DNA of 64,000 nt from Thermoanaerobaculia bacterium (lineage in GTDB: Bacteria > Acidobacteriota > Thermoanaerobaculia > UBA5066 > Gp7-AA6). The notes beneath the pieces are model-generated. The model was not told where the DNA came from, ran no database searches, and was given only the letters and a program-made list of their open reading frames with translations. Position numbers and translations under genes: made by a program. Position 1 is the first letter of the stretch; every line of letters starts with the position of its first letter. Below, one piece after another: positions 9,643 through 19,020 of this stretch. The DNA lies in the NCBI GenBank assembly GCA_038253555.1, contig JBBSGZ010000001.1, positions 4,941 to 68,940 on the forward strand, read 5' to 3'.

Positions 9643-10610
9643 CGCGCTATATCGTGCGGCGCCTGCTCCTGGCCGTGCCGACACTCGCCGGCATCGTCGT
9701 CCTCGTCTTCTTTCTCCTGCACCTCGCGCCCGGAAGCCCGATGAGCGCGATGGGGGGCGATTCCGGCCGGCGCGTCTCGCAGCGTGCGGCGGAGGAAATG
9801 CGCAAGGTCTACGGGCTCGATCGGCCGCTGCCCGAAAGGTTCGGACGGTGGGTGAGCCGCGTCGTCCGGCTCGATTTCGGGGAGTCGTTCGTCGACCGGC
9901 GCCCCGTGCTCGAGCGGATCGAGGAAGCGCTGCCCTACACACTCGTGTTGAATGGGCTCGCCCTTCTCCTGACGCTCGCGATCGCGGTGCCGCTCGGCGT
10001 CGTGACCGGCGGCCGGCCCGAAGGGGCGCTCGATCGGGCCTCCGGCGCGCTTCTGTTCGCGCTCTACTCCCTCCCGGCGTTCTGGGCCGCGCTGCTTCTG
10101 CAGGCGCTCTTCTCCGTCCGCCTCCAGTGGCTGCCGCTCTACGGAGTTGTCTCCGATTCTCCGGAGGGAATCGGCCTGGCGGACCGCGCCGCGCACCTCG
10201 TTCTGCCCGTCGTCTGCCTGACCTACGGGTCCCTGGCGTTCTTTGCGCGGCTGATTCGCGCGAGTGTCGCGGAGACCCGCAATGCCGACTACGTCCTGGC
10301 CGCGCGCGCCCGGGGACTTTCGCGCCGGGAAGCCCTCTGGAAGCACGCTTTCCGAAACGCGCTCCTGCCGCTCGTCACGCTCCTCGGGCTCGTTCTCCCC
10401 GGACTTCTCTCCGGGAGCGTCATCATCGAGCGGATTTTCGCGTGGCCGGGAGTGGGGCGCCTCTATTTCGACTCGATCCTGTCGCGCGACTATCCGGTCG
10501 TCCTCGCCCTGTCGCTGCTCGGGGCCGTCGCGACGCTCCTCCTGACTCTGGCCGCGGACATCGCGAGCGCCGCCGTCGATCCCCGGGTGCGGGACGGAAC
10601 GCTCGGATGA
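9639..10610 (+). CDS. ABC transporter permease (DppB/OppB-like)
   Basis: GTG at 9639 overlaps the upstream TGA (GTGA). The N-terminus RYIVRRLLLAVPTLAGIVVLVFFLLHLAPGSP is typical of OppB/DppB. Confidence 0.88.
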   Translation: MTRYIVRRLLLAVPTLAGIVVLVFFLLHLAPGSPMSAMGGDSGRRVSQRAAEEMRKVYGLDRPLPERFGRWVSRVVRLDFGESFVDRRPVLERIEEALPYTLVLNGLALLLTLAIAVPLGVVTGGRPEGALDRASGALLFALYSLPAFWAALLLQALFSVRLQWLPLYGVVSDSPEGIGLADRAAHLVLPVVCLTYGSLAFFARLIRASVAETRNADYVLAARARGLSRREALWKHAFRNALLPLVTLLGLVLPGLLSGSVIIERIFAWPGVGRLYFDSILSRDYPVVLALSLLGAVATLLLTLAADIASAAVDPRVRDGTLG

Positions 10611-11455
10611 GCGCCATCTTCTCGGCCGCCCCTGCGCCGCGCCCGCGCCGCGCCGTCCCCGGCTCGGCGCGGGTCGCGCTCGCGATCGTCGTGCTCCTCT
10701 GGATCGTCGCGGCGCTCTCGCCGCTCGCCTCGCGGCGCGCGGCGGACATCCGGTTGAACGAGCGTCTCCTCGCCCCCTCCCGGACGCACCTGTTCGGAAC
10801 GGACGACCTCGGACGCGATCTTTTCGCGCGGGTGGTCGCGGCGACCCCGATTTCGCTCGCCATCGGGACGACGGCCGCCGCGGTGTCGGTGATCGTGGGT
10901 TTCGCAATCGGCGCCGCGGCGGGGTGGTTCGGCGGGATGACGGACCTGCTCCTCTCCCGCGCGATCGAGGTGGTGCTCTGTTTCCCCGTGCTCTTTCTTC
11001 TGCTGGCGCTGGCCGCGTTTCTTCCCCCCTCCCCGGCGACGGTCATTCTCGCGATCGGGTTGACCACGTGGCCGGGGGACGCCCGTTTTGCGCGGGCCGA
11101 GATCCTGAAGGCTCGGGACCTCGACTACACGCGCGCCGCACGCGCGGCGGGCGCGACGACTTCGCGCATTCTCCTGCGCCATCTCCTTCCCGTCGCGGCG
11201 CCCCCACTTCTGGTCTCCGCCGCGTTCGGCGTGGGCTGGGCGATTCTCGCGGAGGCCGCGCTCTCATTTCTGGGCGTGGGCCTTCCGCCGCCGATGGCCT
11301 CGTGGGGAGGAATCCTGGCCATCGCTCCGGCGTACATCGACGAGGCGTGGTGGATCGCGCTCTTCCCGGGTCTTGCGCTCTTTCTGACGGTCGCCGCCTA
11401 TAATCTGCTCGCCGAAGGGCTGCGGGCAGCGACAACGGAGAAAGTGAACCAATGA
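10607..11455 (+). CDS. ABC transporter permease (DppC/OppC-like)
   Basis: ATGA overlap with the preceding permease. Motifs HLFGTDDLGRDLFARVV and the EAA-loop-like RAEILKARDLDYTRAARAAGA are present. Confidence 0.88.
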   Translation: MSAIFSAAPAPRPRRAVPGSARVALAIVVLLWIVAALSPLASRRAADIRLNERLLAPSRTHLFGTDDLGRDLFARVVAATPISLAIGTTAAAVSVIVGFAIGAAAGWFGGMTDLLLSRAIEVVLCFPVLFLLLALAAFLPPSPATVILAIGLTTWPGDARFARAEILKARDLDYTRAARAAGATTSRILLRHLLPVAAPPLLVSAAFGVGWAILAEAALSFLGVGLPPPMASWGGILAIAPAYIDEAWWIALFPGLALFLTVAAYNLLAEGLRAATTEKVNQ

Positions 11456-11931
11456 GCGAGCGCGTGGCCCTCTATCCGGGTTCATTCGATCCGCTGACGA
11501 ACGGCCACCTGGACATCCTCTCGCGGGCGCGCCGCCTCGCCGACCGGGTCGTGGTCGCCATTCTCGAAAACGACGTCAAGACACCGCTCTTCTCGATCGC
11601 CGAACGCCTCGAGATGATCCGGGAGATCGTGGGCGAGGACCCCGCGACCCCCGTGCTCTCCTTCCAGGGGCTGCTGGTGGACTTCGCCCGCAAGACGGGA
11701 GCGACGCTTCTCGTGCGGGGACTGCGGGCCGTCTCCGACTACGAGTACGAGCTCCAGATGGCCCTGATGAACCGGCGTCTCGCTCCCGGAATCGAGACCG
11801 TATTTCTGATGGCGAAGGAGGAGTACTCGTACGTTTCCAGCCGGCTCGTCAAGGAAGTGGCGCGTCTCGGCGCGGACGTGCGCGGCCTCGTCCCGGATCC
11901 GGTCCTGCGGCGCCTGGTCGGGAAATTTTGA
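11452..11931 (+). CDS. coaD: Phosphopantetheine adenylyltransferase
   Basis: 159 aa with ALYPGSFDPLTNGHLDIL and SSRLVKEV motifs. Confidence 0.93.
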   Translation: MSERVALYPGSFDPLTNGHLDILSRARRLADRVVVAILENDVKTPLFSIAERLEMIREIVGEDPATPVLSFQGLLVDFARKTGATLLVRGLRAVSDYEYELQMALMNRRLAPGIETVFLMAKEEYSYVSSRLVKEVARLGADVRGLVPDPVLRRLVGKF

Positions 11932-12416
11932 CCGGCGGCCCCCCTCTCCGTGTCGTCGAGACCGGCGTTCGCGTGCGTTACGCGGAGACCGACCGCATGG
12001 GGATCGTGTACCACGCCCACTACATCGTCTGGTTCGAGATCGGCCGGACGGAGTTCTGCCGCGCCGCGGGAATTCCATACCGGGCGATGGAAGAGGCGGG
12101 CCTCCTGATCCTCGTCACGGGGGTCGAGTGCACCTACCGACGATCGGCGCGCTACGACGACGAAGTCCGGATCCAGGCGCGGATGCCCGAGCTTTCGGGC
12201 CGCGGCCTCTCCTTCGCGTACGAGGTCCTCGGGCCGGGCGGCGTCCGGCTGGCCGACGGAGCGACACGGCATGTATTTGCCGATCCGCAGGGACGGCCCC
12301 GGCGCGCTCCGGACGAGATCGTGGCGCCTCTGGAGCGTTTTCGTCAGCACACGATCGGCGTGCCCTCGTCATCGCCGGGTGGAGGAAACCGTCAGCGCCT
12401 CCCCGGCGTAGTTTGA
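11928..12416 (+). CDS. Acyl-CoA thioesterase, YbgC/4HBT hotdog family
   Basis: [28 protein letters not shown] is the YbgC-type signature. The TTG start overlaps the coaD stop. Confidence 0.78.
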   Translation: MTGGPPLRVVETGVRVRYAETDRMGIVYHAHYIVWFEIGRTEFCRAAGIPYRAMEEAGLLILVTGVECTYRRSARYDDEVRIQARMPELSGRGLSFAYEVLGPGGVRLADGATRHVFADPQGRPRRAPDEIVAPLERFRQHTIGVPSSSPGGGNRQRLPGVV

Positions 12417-12429
12417 TCGGGGGGAAAGC

Positions 12430-12900
12430 ATGAACAAAGCCACCTTTGGCGCGGGATGCTTCTGGGGTGTCGAGGCCGCTTTCCGGCAGGTGCCGGGCGT
12501 CCTGTCGACTGCGGTCGGGTACGCCGGCGGGACGCTGCAGGACCCGACCTATTCGGACGTTTGTGGCGGCCGCACCGGCCACGCGGAAGTGGTCGAGGTC
12601 GAGTACGACCCGCAGCGCGTCTCCTACGGGGAACTCCTGGACGCCTTCTGGGAGAACCACGATCCCACGACGTTGAACCGGCAGGGCCCGGATGTCGGAG
12701 AGCAATACCGGTCCGCCGTGTTTTTCCACGATGCCGCCCAGGAAGCGGCGGCGCGCGCTTCGAAGGAAAAGGTCGAGAAGTCCGGCCGCTACCGGCGGCC
12801 CGTGGTTACCGAGATCACCGAGGCATCGCAATTCTGGCGGGCCGAGGACTACCACCAGCAGTATCTCGAGAAGCGCGGGCTCGCGAGCTGCAAGATCTAG
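12430..12900 (+). CDS. msrA: Peptide-methionine (S)-S-oxide reductase
   Basis: The [12 protein letters not shown] catalytic motif and [12 protein letters not shown] are present. Confidence 0.93.
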   Translation: MNKATFGAGCFWGVEAAFRQVPGVLSTAVGYAGGTLQDPTYSDVCGGRTGHAEVVEVEYDPQRVSYGELLDAFWENHDPTTLNRQGPDVGEQYRSAVFFHDAAQEAAARASKEKVEKSGRYRRPVVTEITEASQFWRAEDYHQQYLEKRGLASCKI

Positions 12901-12940
12901 GCGCTGCAGCCTTTCGACAGAGCGATTGGCGAAGGGCGAC

Positions 12941-13633
12941 TTACCGCTTCGCGTTTCCGATTCCGTATTTTGCGATCGTCCAGAGGATCTTGTAGCCGGC
13001 GCGAAGCGTACCCGAGACCGTCCCGGTGATCTTCGAGACACCGACCCTGCGCCGGTAGGAGACCGGAACCTCGGCGATCGCGAGCCCTTCCCGGACCGCT
13101 TTGACCTGCATCTCGCACGTCCAGCCGAAATTCGTGTCCTCCATCCCGATTTTTTCGTACGCGTCCCATCGGATCGCACGGAAGGGGCCGAGATCGGTAT
13201 ACCGATGGCCGTACAGCAGGCGAATCAAGAAACAGGCGAGAAGGTTTCCGAACCGCGCCTGGGGCAGGAGGGCGCCGGGCTCGCGGCGGCCGAGCGCGCG
13301 CGACCCGATGACGAGGTCCGCGCCGGCCTCGATACCCGCGAGCAGGAGCGGGATCTCCTCCGGGTGGTCCGAGTAGTCGCCGTCTAAGAACACGAGGACG
13401 TCCGGCGGATTCTCCCGGAGCGCGGCGACGCCGGCCAGACATGCGCTGCCGTATCCCCGCCGGGATTCGCGCACCAGGCGCACGGGGAGTCCGCTCGCGA
13501 TCCGCGAGGTGTCGTCGGTCGAGCCGTTGTCGACCACGACGACTTCGGAGACCGGCGGCCGGGGGATATCGGCGACGACGAGCGGGAGCGATTCACGCTC
13601 GTTGAAGACGGGGATGACCACGGAGACCGTCAT
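12941..13633 (-). CDS. Family 2 glycosyltransferase (dolichol/polyprenol-phosphate sugar transferase-like)
   Basis: VVIPVFNERESL ... VVVVDNGSTDDT ... VFLDGDYSD (DxD). The ATG at 13633 overlaps the upstream stop (ATGA). The longer ORF to 13885 has an Arg-rich, noncoding-looking N-terminus. Confidence 0.85.
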   Translation of the reverse strand: MTVSVVIPVFNERESLPLVVADIPRPPVSEVVVVDNGSTDDTSRIASGLPVRLVRESRRGYGSACLAGVAALRENPPDVLVFLDGDYSDHPEEIPLLLAGIEAGADLVIGSRALGRREPGALLPQARFGNLLACFLIRLLYGHRYTDLGPFRAIRWDAYEKIGMEDTNFGWTCEMQVKAVREGLAIAEVPVSYRRRVGVSKITGTVSGTLRAGYKILWTIAKYGIGNAKR

Positions 13634-14577
13634 CGACGGGGCTCCGGAGGGCGGGGGCGGGCCGCCATCGAAATCCCGAGCCCCGCGAAAATGAGGACCG
13701 CCGCCACGCCCGTCCGCGCCGCGAATCTCTCGCCGAGCACGGCCACGGCGAGAACGGACGCGATGAGCGGCTGCAGGAAGACGTACAGGGCGACTCGCGA
13801 CGCTTGCGTCCGCGCGAGCGCCCAGGAATTCCAGAGGTAGGGAAGCACGCTGCACAGAATCACGATCCCGGCGATGCCGGCCCACGCGGCTGCGGGGACA
13901 CGGGCGGGGGAGAACCGAAGGACACCGGGGGCCGCCACCAGGAGGATGGGGCCGGCGCCGTACAGGAAGATGCGCGACACGATTGTCTCGGCGGAGTATC
14001 TCGCGAGGATCGGGCGGGACAAAACGAGATAGCAGGAGTAGGAGAGAGAGTTGGCGAGGATCAGGAGATCGCCTCGCAAGGCTGTCCCGGCCAGCTGGAA
14101 ATGCCGGAGGTCGAGGAGCACGAGGACCCCGGCCGTCGCGAGTCCGACGGCGGCGATGCCGCGGGCGGCCAGCCTTTCCCGCCCCAGGAGCACCGCCACC
14201 GCGAGGGTGAACACGGGAATCGTCGCCGTCAGGATCGTCGTGTGGATCGCCGACGTCATCGACAATCCCAGGATGAACAGGATCTGATTGAAGGAGACGC
14301 CCAGAAGAGCGTAAAGCAGGACTGCCGGGCGATCCCGGCGCTCGAGCTCGCGTCCCCGCGAAAACCGCCGAACCGCTTCGAGCACGAGGGCGGCCGACGA
14401 GACGCGGATCGCCGCGAGCACGAGAGGGGGAATCGCCGGCAGGACGAGCTTGCCGAAGATGGGAAAGAGAGCGAAACCGGCCTGGGCCCCGAGGAGGGCC
14501 GCGTGAATGGTCCAGGTCTCGCCGCGGCGTCCCGCCGGTTCCGGGGACGTCCTTTCCGGAGCGGGAGCGAGGCTCAC
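13630..14577 (-). CDS. EamA/DMT-family transporter
   Basis: About 10 TM segments with duplicated EamA-like halves. The GTG start overlaps the ygfZ stop. Confidence 0.83.
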   Translation of the reverse strand: MSLAPAPERTSPEPAGRRGETWTIHAALLGAQAGFALFPIFGKLVLPAIPPLVLAAIRVSSAALVLEAVRRFSRGRELERRDRPAVLLYALLGVSFNQILFILGLSMTSAIHTTILTATIPVFTLAVAVLLGRERLAARGIAAVGLATAGVLVLLDLRHFQLAGTALRGDLLILANSLSYSCYLVLSRPILARYSAETIVSRIFLYGAGPILLVAAPGVLRFSPARVPAAAWAGIAGIVILCSVLPYLWNSWALARTQASRVALYVFLQPLIASVLAVAVLGERFAARTGVAAVLIFAGLGISMAARPRPPEPRR

Positions 14578-15473
14578 GAAAACGAAAGATCCGACGGAAA
14601 CGCTGAGCTCTCCGGCGCCTCCGTGGACACGAGGCGCTCTCCGGGGGCCACGTCGCGGAACGCCCAGCCGAGCCCGATCGCCCCGAGGCGAGGCGACAGG
14701 ACGGAGCTCGTCACGCGGCCCATTTCGACCTTCCCGCCGTCGGGCTCGCCGGGCCGCTTCAGGACCGTTCCCGCGGGCACCGCCCCGTCTGGAAAGCGGA
14801 ATCCCACGAGACGGCGATTGACCCGCCCGTACGTTCGCAGCCGGGCGACGATTTCCTGCCCCACGTAACAGCCCTTCGTCGTCGAGATCGCGTCTGCGAG
14901 GCCGACTTCGTCCGGAAGATGGGATTCGTCCACGTCCTGACCGAAGCGAGGTCGACCCGCTTCGACGCGCAGCACCTCCGCCGTCTCGTCGTCCAGTGAA
15001 ACCGCTCCGATGGCGGCGAGTCGCGCGATCGCGTCTTCGAGCTCAGTCGCGGGAACGAGGAGCTCGGCGGAAAACTCGGCTTCGACCGGCAGAGCGACTG
15101 ATCCGCCCGCCACGGCGGAGGAGGGAAGCGGCCGCCCCACGATCCCGATGCGGGCGAAGTCGGCGGAACGGTCTTCGATCGCGACCTTCTGGAAAACGGC
15201 GTACTTCGTGAGATGAGCCATCACCGTTACGCGCGACGAGGCCGGCAGAACCAGCCGGAGCCGATCGGGCATTCCGACGAGCCGCGCCACGAAGAGAAGC
15301 TTGCCTTTCGGCGTCAGACCCGCCGCGGCGAGGACGTGTCCGGGCTCCGCGCGCCGGACGTCCTGGGTGAGCTGACCCTGCAGAAAGGCGCTCCGGTCTT
15401 CGCCCGTGACGTCGAGAATGGCCGCGGGTCGGACCCGATAGGCGTGGAGAGAGGGAGAAGGGCTCTGATTCAC
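14574..15473 (-). CDS. ygfZ: Folate-binding GcvT-fold protein YgfZ
   Basis: The signature TKGCYVGQEIVARLRTYGRVNRRL (KGCYxGQE) and an N-terminal GEDRSAFLQGQLTQDV are present. Confidence 0.8.
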   Translation of the reverse strand: MNQSPSPSLHAYRVRPAAILDVTGEDRSAFLQGQLTQDVRRAEPGHVLAAAGLTPKGKLLFVARLVGMPDRLRLVLPASSRVTVMAHLTKYAVFQKVAIEDRSADFARIGIVGRPLPSSAVAGGSVALPVEAEFSAELLVPATELEDAIARLAAIGAVSLDDETAEVLRVEAGRPRFGQDVDESHLPDEVGLADAISTTKGCYVGQEIVARLRTYGRVNRRLVGFRFPDGAVPAGTVLKRPGEPDGGKVEMGRVTSSVLSPRLGAIGLGWAFRDVAPGERLVSTEAPESSAFPSDLSFS

Positions 15474-15934
15474 CGGGGCCGGATCTGCGCCCGGATGCGC
15501 GCTCGCGGCGAGTCGACGATATCCAGGGTCCGCATGCGGGTCGAGATGCGGATGTTGTCATCGAGCTTGTGGTCGTCCACCGTGTCGTCTTTGTCACCGG
15601 ACTTCACCACGCGCCCGGACCGGTCGTAGACGTCCACGGTGAGCGAGATGCGGCACTTGCCGGAGCCGCGGTTCTCGACGTGAAAATCCCACCAGAGCCA
15701 CGAGTTGTCGCTCGGATCTTCGCGTCTGGCCTTCCGGATGTCGTCGGGTCCCGGGTAGTTGCGCAGCGAAACGCTCCGCACGAAGCAGCCTCCCGACGTC
15801 CAGCCGAGGTTCGCTCGGCCGGAGCGGGGGATCGGAACCGACTTCTCGAATTCAGCACCGGTGGCGGGGATGGCCGTCGCCGCGGCCGCCAGCGCGAAGA
15901 GCGCCCGCCCGACGAAGTGAAAGCGCGACGTCAT
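15470..15934 (-). CDS. Secreted hypothetical protein
   Basis: The MTSRFHFVGRALFALAAAATAIPATGAEF signal peptide was chosen as the start. No family was recognised. Confidence 0.55.
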   Translation of the reverse strand: MTSRFHFVGRALFALAAAATAIPATGAEFEKSVPIPRSGRANLGWTSGGCFVRSVSLRNYPGPDDIRKARREDPSDNSWLWWDFHVENRGSGKCRISLTVDVYDRSGRVVKSGDKDDTVDDHKLDDNIRISTRMRTLDIVDSPRARIRAQIRPR

Positions 15935-16015
15935 ATCCAGTTCTCCTTCCGGCGTATTATCGCTTTCGTGGAAGACTCGAGCGAAGAGCCCGGCCGGCAC
16001 GTGATCGACATCTTC

Positions 16016-16234
16016 ATGATGTCCGTCAAATGCGGGAATTGCGACACCTACCAGACCGTGATTCGGTTTTCGAAGGGTCCCGAGAAGAACGTGTACACAT
16101 ACGAGTGCGAAAACGAGATCTGCGATCCGAATGTGACGCGGACCATCGTCGAGGTTCCGAGACAGGTGGACAACTCCGTCAAGCGCGCCGAGGAACTGCC
16201 GTACTACGACCGGGAGGAGAGCTCCGAGGTCTGA
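16016..16234 (+). CDS. Small zinc-ribbon-like hypothetical protein (72 aa)
   Basis: MMSVKCGNCDTYQ ... YECENEICDP gives a CxxC...CxxxxC arrangement. The gene has lower GC than its neighbours and is divergent from the secreted protein gene. Confidence 0.5.
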   Translation: MMSVKCGNCDTYQTVIRFSKGPEKNVYTYECENEICDPNVTRTIVEVPRQVDNSVKRAEELPYYDREESSEV

Positions 16235-16277
16235 CCGCCATTCTCCCGCCTTCGAATTCCTGTAAAATGAACCGTTT

Positions 16278-16760
16278 ATGAGTGCGACGATGACGACCCC
16301 TCAGCCGGGCGGCCCGCCGGCGCTGGCGCCGGACCTGCTGGCCAGGCTCCAGAAGAGGCTGGCGGGCTCTCCGGCAATCGGCTGGCTCCACCCGGTCCTG
16401 GAAAAGATCTCGCTCGACCATGCCGTCCTGAAGCTGCCCTACCGCGAAGAGGTCAGCAACGGGTCAGGCACGGTCCACGGCGGAATCCTCGCGACCCTGG
16501 CTGACACGGCCGTCGCCTTCGCACTCGCGACTAACTTCGACGGAAAGATGGGGTTTGCGACCGCGGACCTGACCATCCACTTTCTCCGTCGCGCACGAGG
16601 AGACGTCTGGGCGCGCGCGCGCATTTTGAAAAAGGGACGCCGCATCAACGTCGGGGAGGTCGAGATCGTGGATGCGGGGGACCGGCCGGTCGCCCGCGTG
16701 CTCGCCTCGTTTCTCCTGACGACCTCCTCGTTCGATTACGCACCGGAAGGAACACCATGA
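16278..16760 (+). CDS. PaaI-family hotdog thioesterase
   Basis: GTVHGGILATLADTAVAFA is the PaaI/DUF4442-type motif. The protein is 160 aa. Confidence 0.8.
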   Translation: MSATMTTPQPGGPPALAPDLLARLQKRLAGSPAIGWLHPVLEKISLDHAVLKLPYREEVSNGSGTVHGGILATLADTAVAFALATNFDGKMGFATADLTIHFLRRARGDVWARARILKKGRRINVGEVEIVDAGDRPVARVLASFLLTTSSFDYAPEGTP

Positions 16761-17788
16761 ACGACGACACGATCCCGTTTCCCGCGGCGGAAGAGGGAGG
16801 CGAGAAGAAAAGCCGCCGCCGCCGCGGCGGAGCGCGCCGCCACAAGGCGCGACCCGCGGGAGCGCCGGAGGAACCGAGGAACGGCGACCTGGCGCTCTCC
16901 GCCCCGGTCCCGCTTCTCGCCGCTCCGTCCCCCCTTGCCCCGGCGCCGGCGGGTCCCTCGCAGCCGATGGGGCCCGCGCAATCGATGGGGCCCCCGTCCT
17001 CTTCGCATGCGATGGCGCCGCTCTCCCTGGCACCGCCGCCGGCCCGCGTCTCCGTGGAGCAGCGGATCTCGCTCTTCATCGATTTCGAGAACATCGCGCT
17101 CGGGGCGCGCGACGCGAAGTACAAGAAGTTCGACATCCATCTGGTCCTCCAGCGGCTGATCGAGAAGGGGCGGATCGTCTACAAGAAGGCGTATGCCGAC
17201 TGGACGCGCTACTCCGATTACAAGCGCGAGTTCCACGAGGCCGCGATCGAGCTGATCGACATCCCCCAGCGGGGATACAGCGGGAAGAACTCTGCAGACA
17301 TCCGAATGGTGGTCGACGCCATGGATCTTGCAAACTCCAAGGGGCACATCACGACGTTCGTGATCTGTTCGGGAGACTCCGACTTTTCGCCGCTCGTCTC
17401 GAAGTTGAAGGAAAACGACAAGAGCGTCATCGGTGTCGGCGTCAAGAACTCCACTTCGGAACTCCTGATCAGCAACTGCGACGAGTTCATCTTCTACGAG
17501 GACCTCGTCCGCGAGACCCGCGAGCTGCCGTCCATCGAGAACCTGCCCGAGAAGAAGCGGGAGGTCTTCCGCCTGATGCTCGACTCCATGCAGGCGCTTC
17601 AGCGAGAGAACTACGACGTCATCTGGGGCTCGATGATCAAGCAGACGATGCAGCGCAAGCAGCCGTATTTCAACGAGTCCTACTACGGCTACAAGTCCTT
17701 CTCGGAGCTTCTGGAGGACGCCGAGCGGCTGAAGATTCTCGCGATGAAGAAGGATGCGAAGAGCGGCGGCTACATGATCAGCGTGTAA
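16757..17788 (+). CDS. NYN (LabA-like) nuclease-fold domain protein with C-terminal OST-HTH/LOTUS-like domain
   Basis: ISLFIDFENI ... AYADW ... SGKNSADIRMVVDAMD ... FVICSGDSDFSPLVSKL form the NYN motifs. The tail (VFRLMLDSMQAL ... YGYKSFSELLEDAERLKIL) looks LOTUS-like. The N-terminus is disordered and Arg/Pro-rich. ATGA overlap with the PaaI gene. Confidence 0.78.
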   Translation: MNDDTIPFPAAEEGGEKKSRRRRGGARRHKARPAGAPEEPRNGDLALSAPVPLLAAPSPLAPAPAGPSQPMGPAQSMGPPSSSHAMAPLSLAPPPARVSVEQRISLFIDFENIALGARDAKYKKFDIHLVLQRLIEKGRIVYKKAYADWTRYSDYKREFHEAAIELIDIPQRGYSGKNSADIRMVVDAMDLANSKGHITTFVICSGDSDFSPLVSKLKENDKSVIGVGVKNSTSELLISNCDEFIFYEDLVRETRELPSIENLPEKKREVFRLMLDSMQALQRENYDVIWGSMIKQTMQRKQPYFNESYYGYKSFSELLEDAERLKILAMKKDAKSGGYMISV

Positions 17789-17858
17789 AAGGGGAAATCC
17801 GGCGTCGGGCGGGACTCGAAGGATCAAGGACGAGAAATCGCAGCCTCGTTTCTCGTTT

Positions 17859-17879
17859 CCCGTTTCCCGTCCCGATCCC
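17859..17879 (-). repeat. G-tract repeat (GGGATCGGGACGGGAAACGGG on the minus strand) 15 nt downstream of the minus-strand stop at 17895
   Basis: The plus strand reads cccgtttcccgtcccgatccc. It is preceded by the hairpin cgagaaa(11 nt)tttctcg at 17831-17855. Confidence 0.8.
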
Positions 17880-17894
17880 GGGTTTCGCGGCCCG

Positions 17895-18907
17895 CTACTC
17901 CCTCTTCAGCGTGATCCGGTCGCCGGCGCCGCCGCCCTCCGGCCCCGACAGCGTGCCGTAGATCTCGAGCTTTAAGAAATCCGCCGCGCCGGAAAGGTCC
18001 CAGACGAGGTTCTGAAATCCGCGCAGAGAGCTCCCCGGAACGGGATGGATGATGCCGGACAGCGCGTCGACTCCGCGGTTTCGGGCGTAAGGCTTCGAGA
18101 AGAACACGTAGGAGAGGAAGCCGCTCTGGTTGACTCCCGCCTGGACCTGGTAGTCGTCCTCGACCGATTCGAGAAGCAGGTATCGCACGTCGAGCGCCTT
18201 GCCCGTCTGCCCCTCGAGAGCGCGCCAGACGCGCTCTCGCTTCGGGATCCACGCCGGGAAGGGGATGAAGTCGATCGGCACGCTCGCTCCCGCCGGCGAG
18301 GCGGAGAGGAGAGAAGAGATCTGCCCCAGGCGCTGGGGACCGTCCGGGGCCAGCCGGTAGCCGGCCCGGCCCCTCCGCGCCCGGGGTCGGTCAAGAGGAC
18401 GTGGGCCGCGAGAATCGCGCCGTCCGCATCTGTCTCGAGGAAGACCTGCTTGAGGGCGGGGCGCGCCGGAGCGGGCAGGGTCCTGGAATACTCCGTCGCC
18501 CAGCGGCCGGAGAGATCGAGCCGGGCGGACTTGACAGCGGGAGCCGAAGTCGGGGAAACGGGGGGAGCGGGGGCCGGTGAGCGCGACCGCAGCGCGAGAA
18601 AGATCAGGGTCGCCGCGAGCGCCGCGGCGACCCCGATTGCCGCCGTCTTTGGCGCGCCACGGGACGGATCCGCGGCCGGCAGACCGCCGTCGGGGCGCTC
18701 CGGCGAGACGGGGAGTCGCGGCGGGACCGGCGGCGGAGCCGTTTCGGGCGGAGGGGGGACCGTGGCGGGCGGGGCCTTCGGGGCGCTCTCCGGGACGGCT
18801 CCCCTCTCGGCCGGCGGCTCCGGCGGCTCGAGGGGTCGCGAGCAACGGAGGCACTTTTCGGTGGGGATTTGCGTGAAGCCGCACGTGGGGCAGGTCACCC
18901 AATCCAT
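17895..18907 (-). pseudogene. Zinc-ribbon / single-TM protein interrupted by an apparent frameshift near 18355-18385
   Basis: The N-terminal part in one frame (MDWVTCPTCGFTQIPTEKCLRC, Pro-rich linker, TM AAIGVAAALAATLIFLAL, ... KQVFLETDADGAILAAHVLLTDPG) then degenerates into Arg/Ser junk. Protein-like sequence resumes in another frame (GYRLAPDGPQRLGQISS ... FLSYVFFSKPYARNRGVDALSGIIHPVPG ... KLEIYGTLSG) and runs to the stop at 17895. Confidence 0.6.
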
Positions 18908-19020
18908 CCGCCCGAGTGTAGCAGCGAGGATTTCGGCTTTTCAGGCCCTCGTTTTCACTGTCGCTCGAGGGGAGATCGGGCTCCGGCGATACGACGGGAG
19001 ATAGGCAGACGAAGCGGCCT

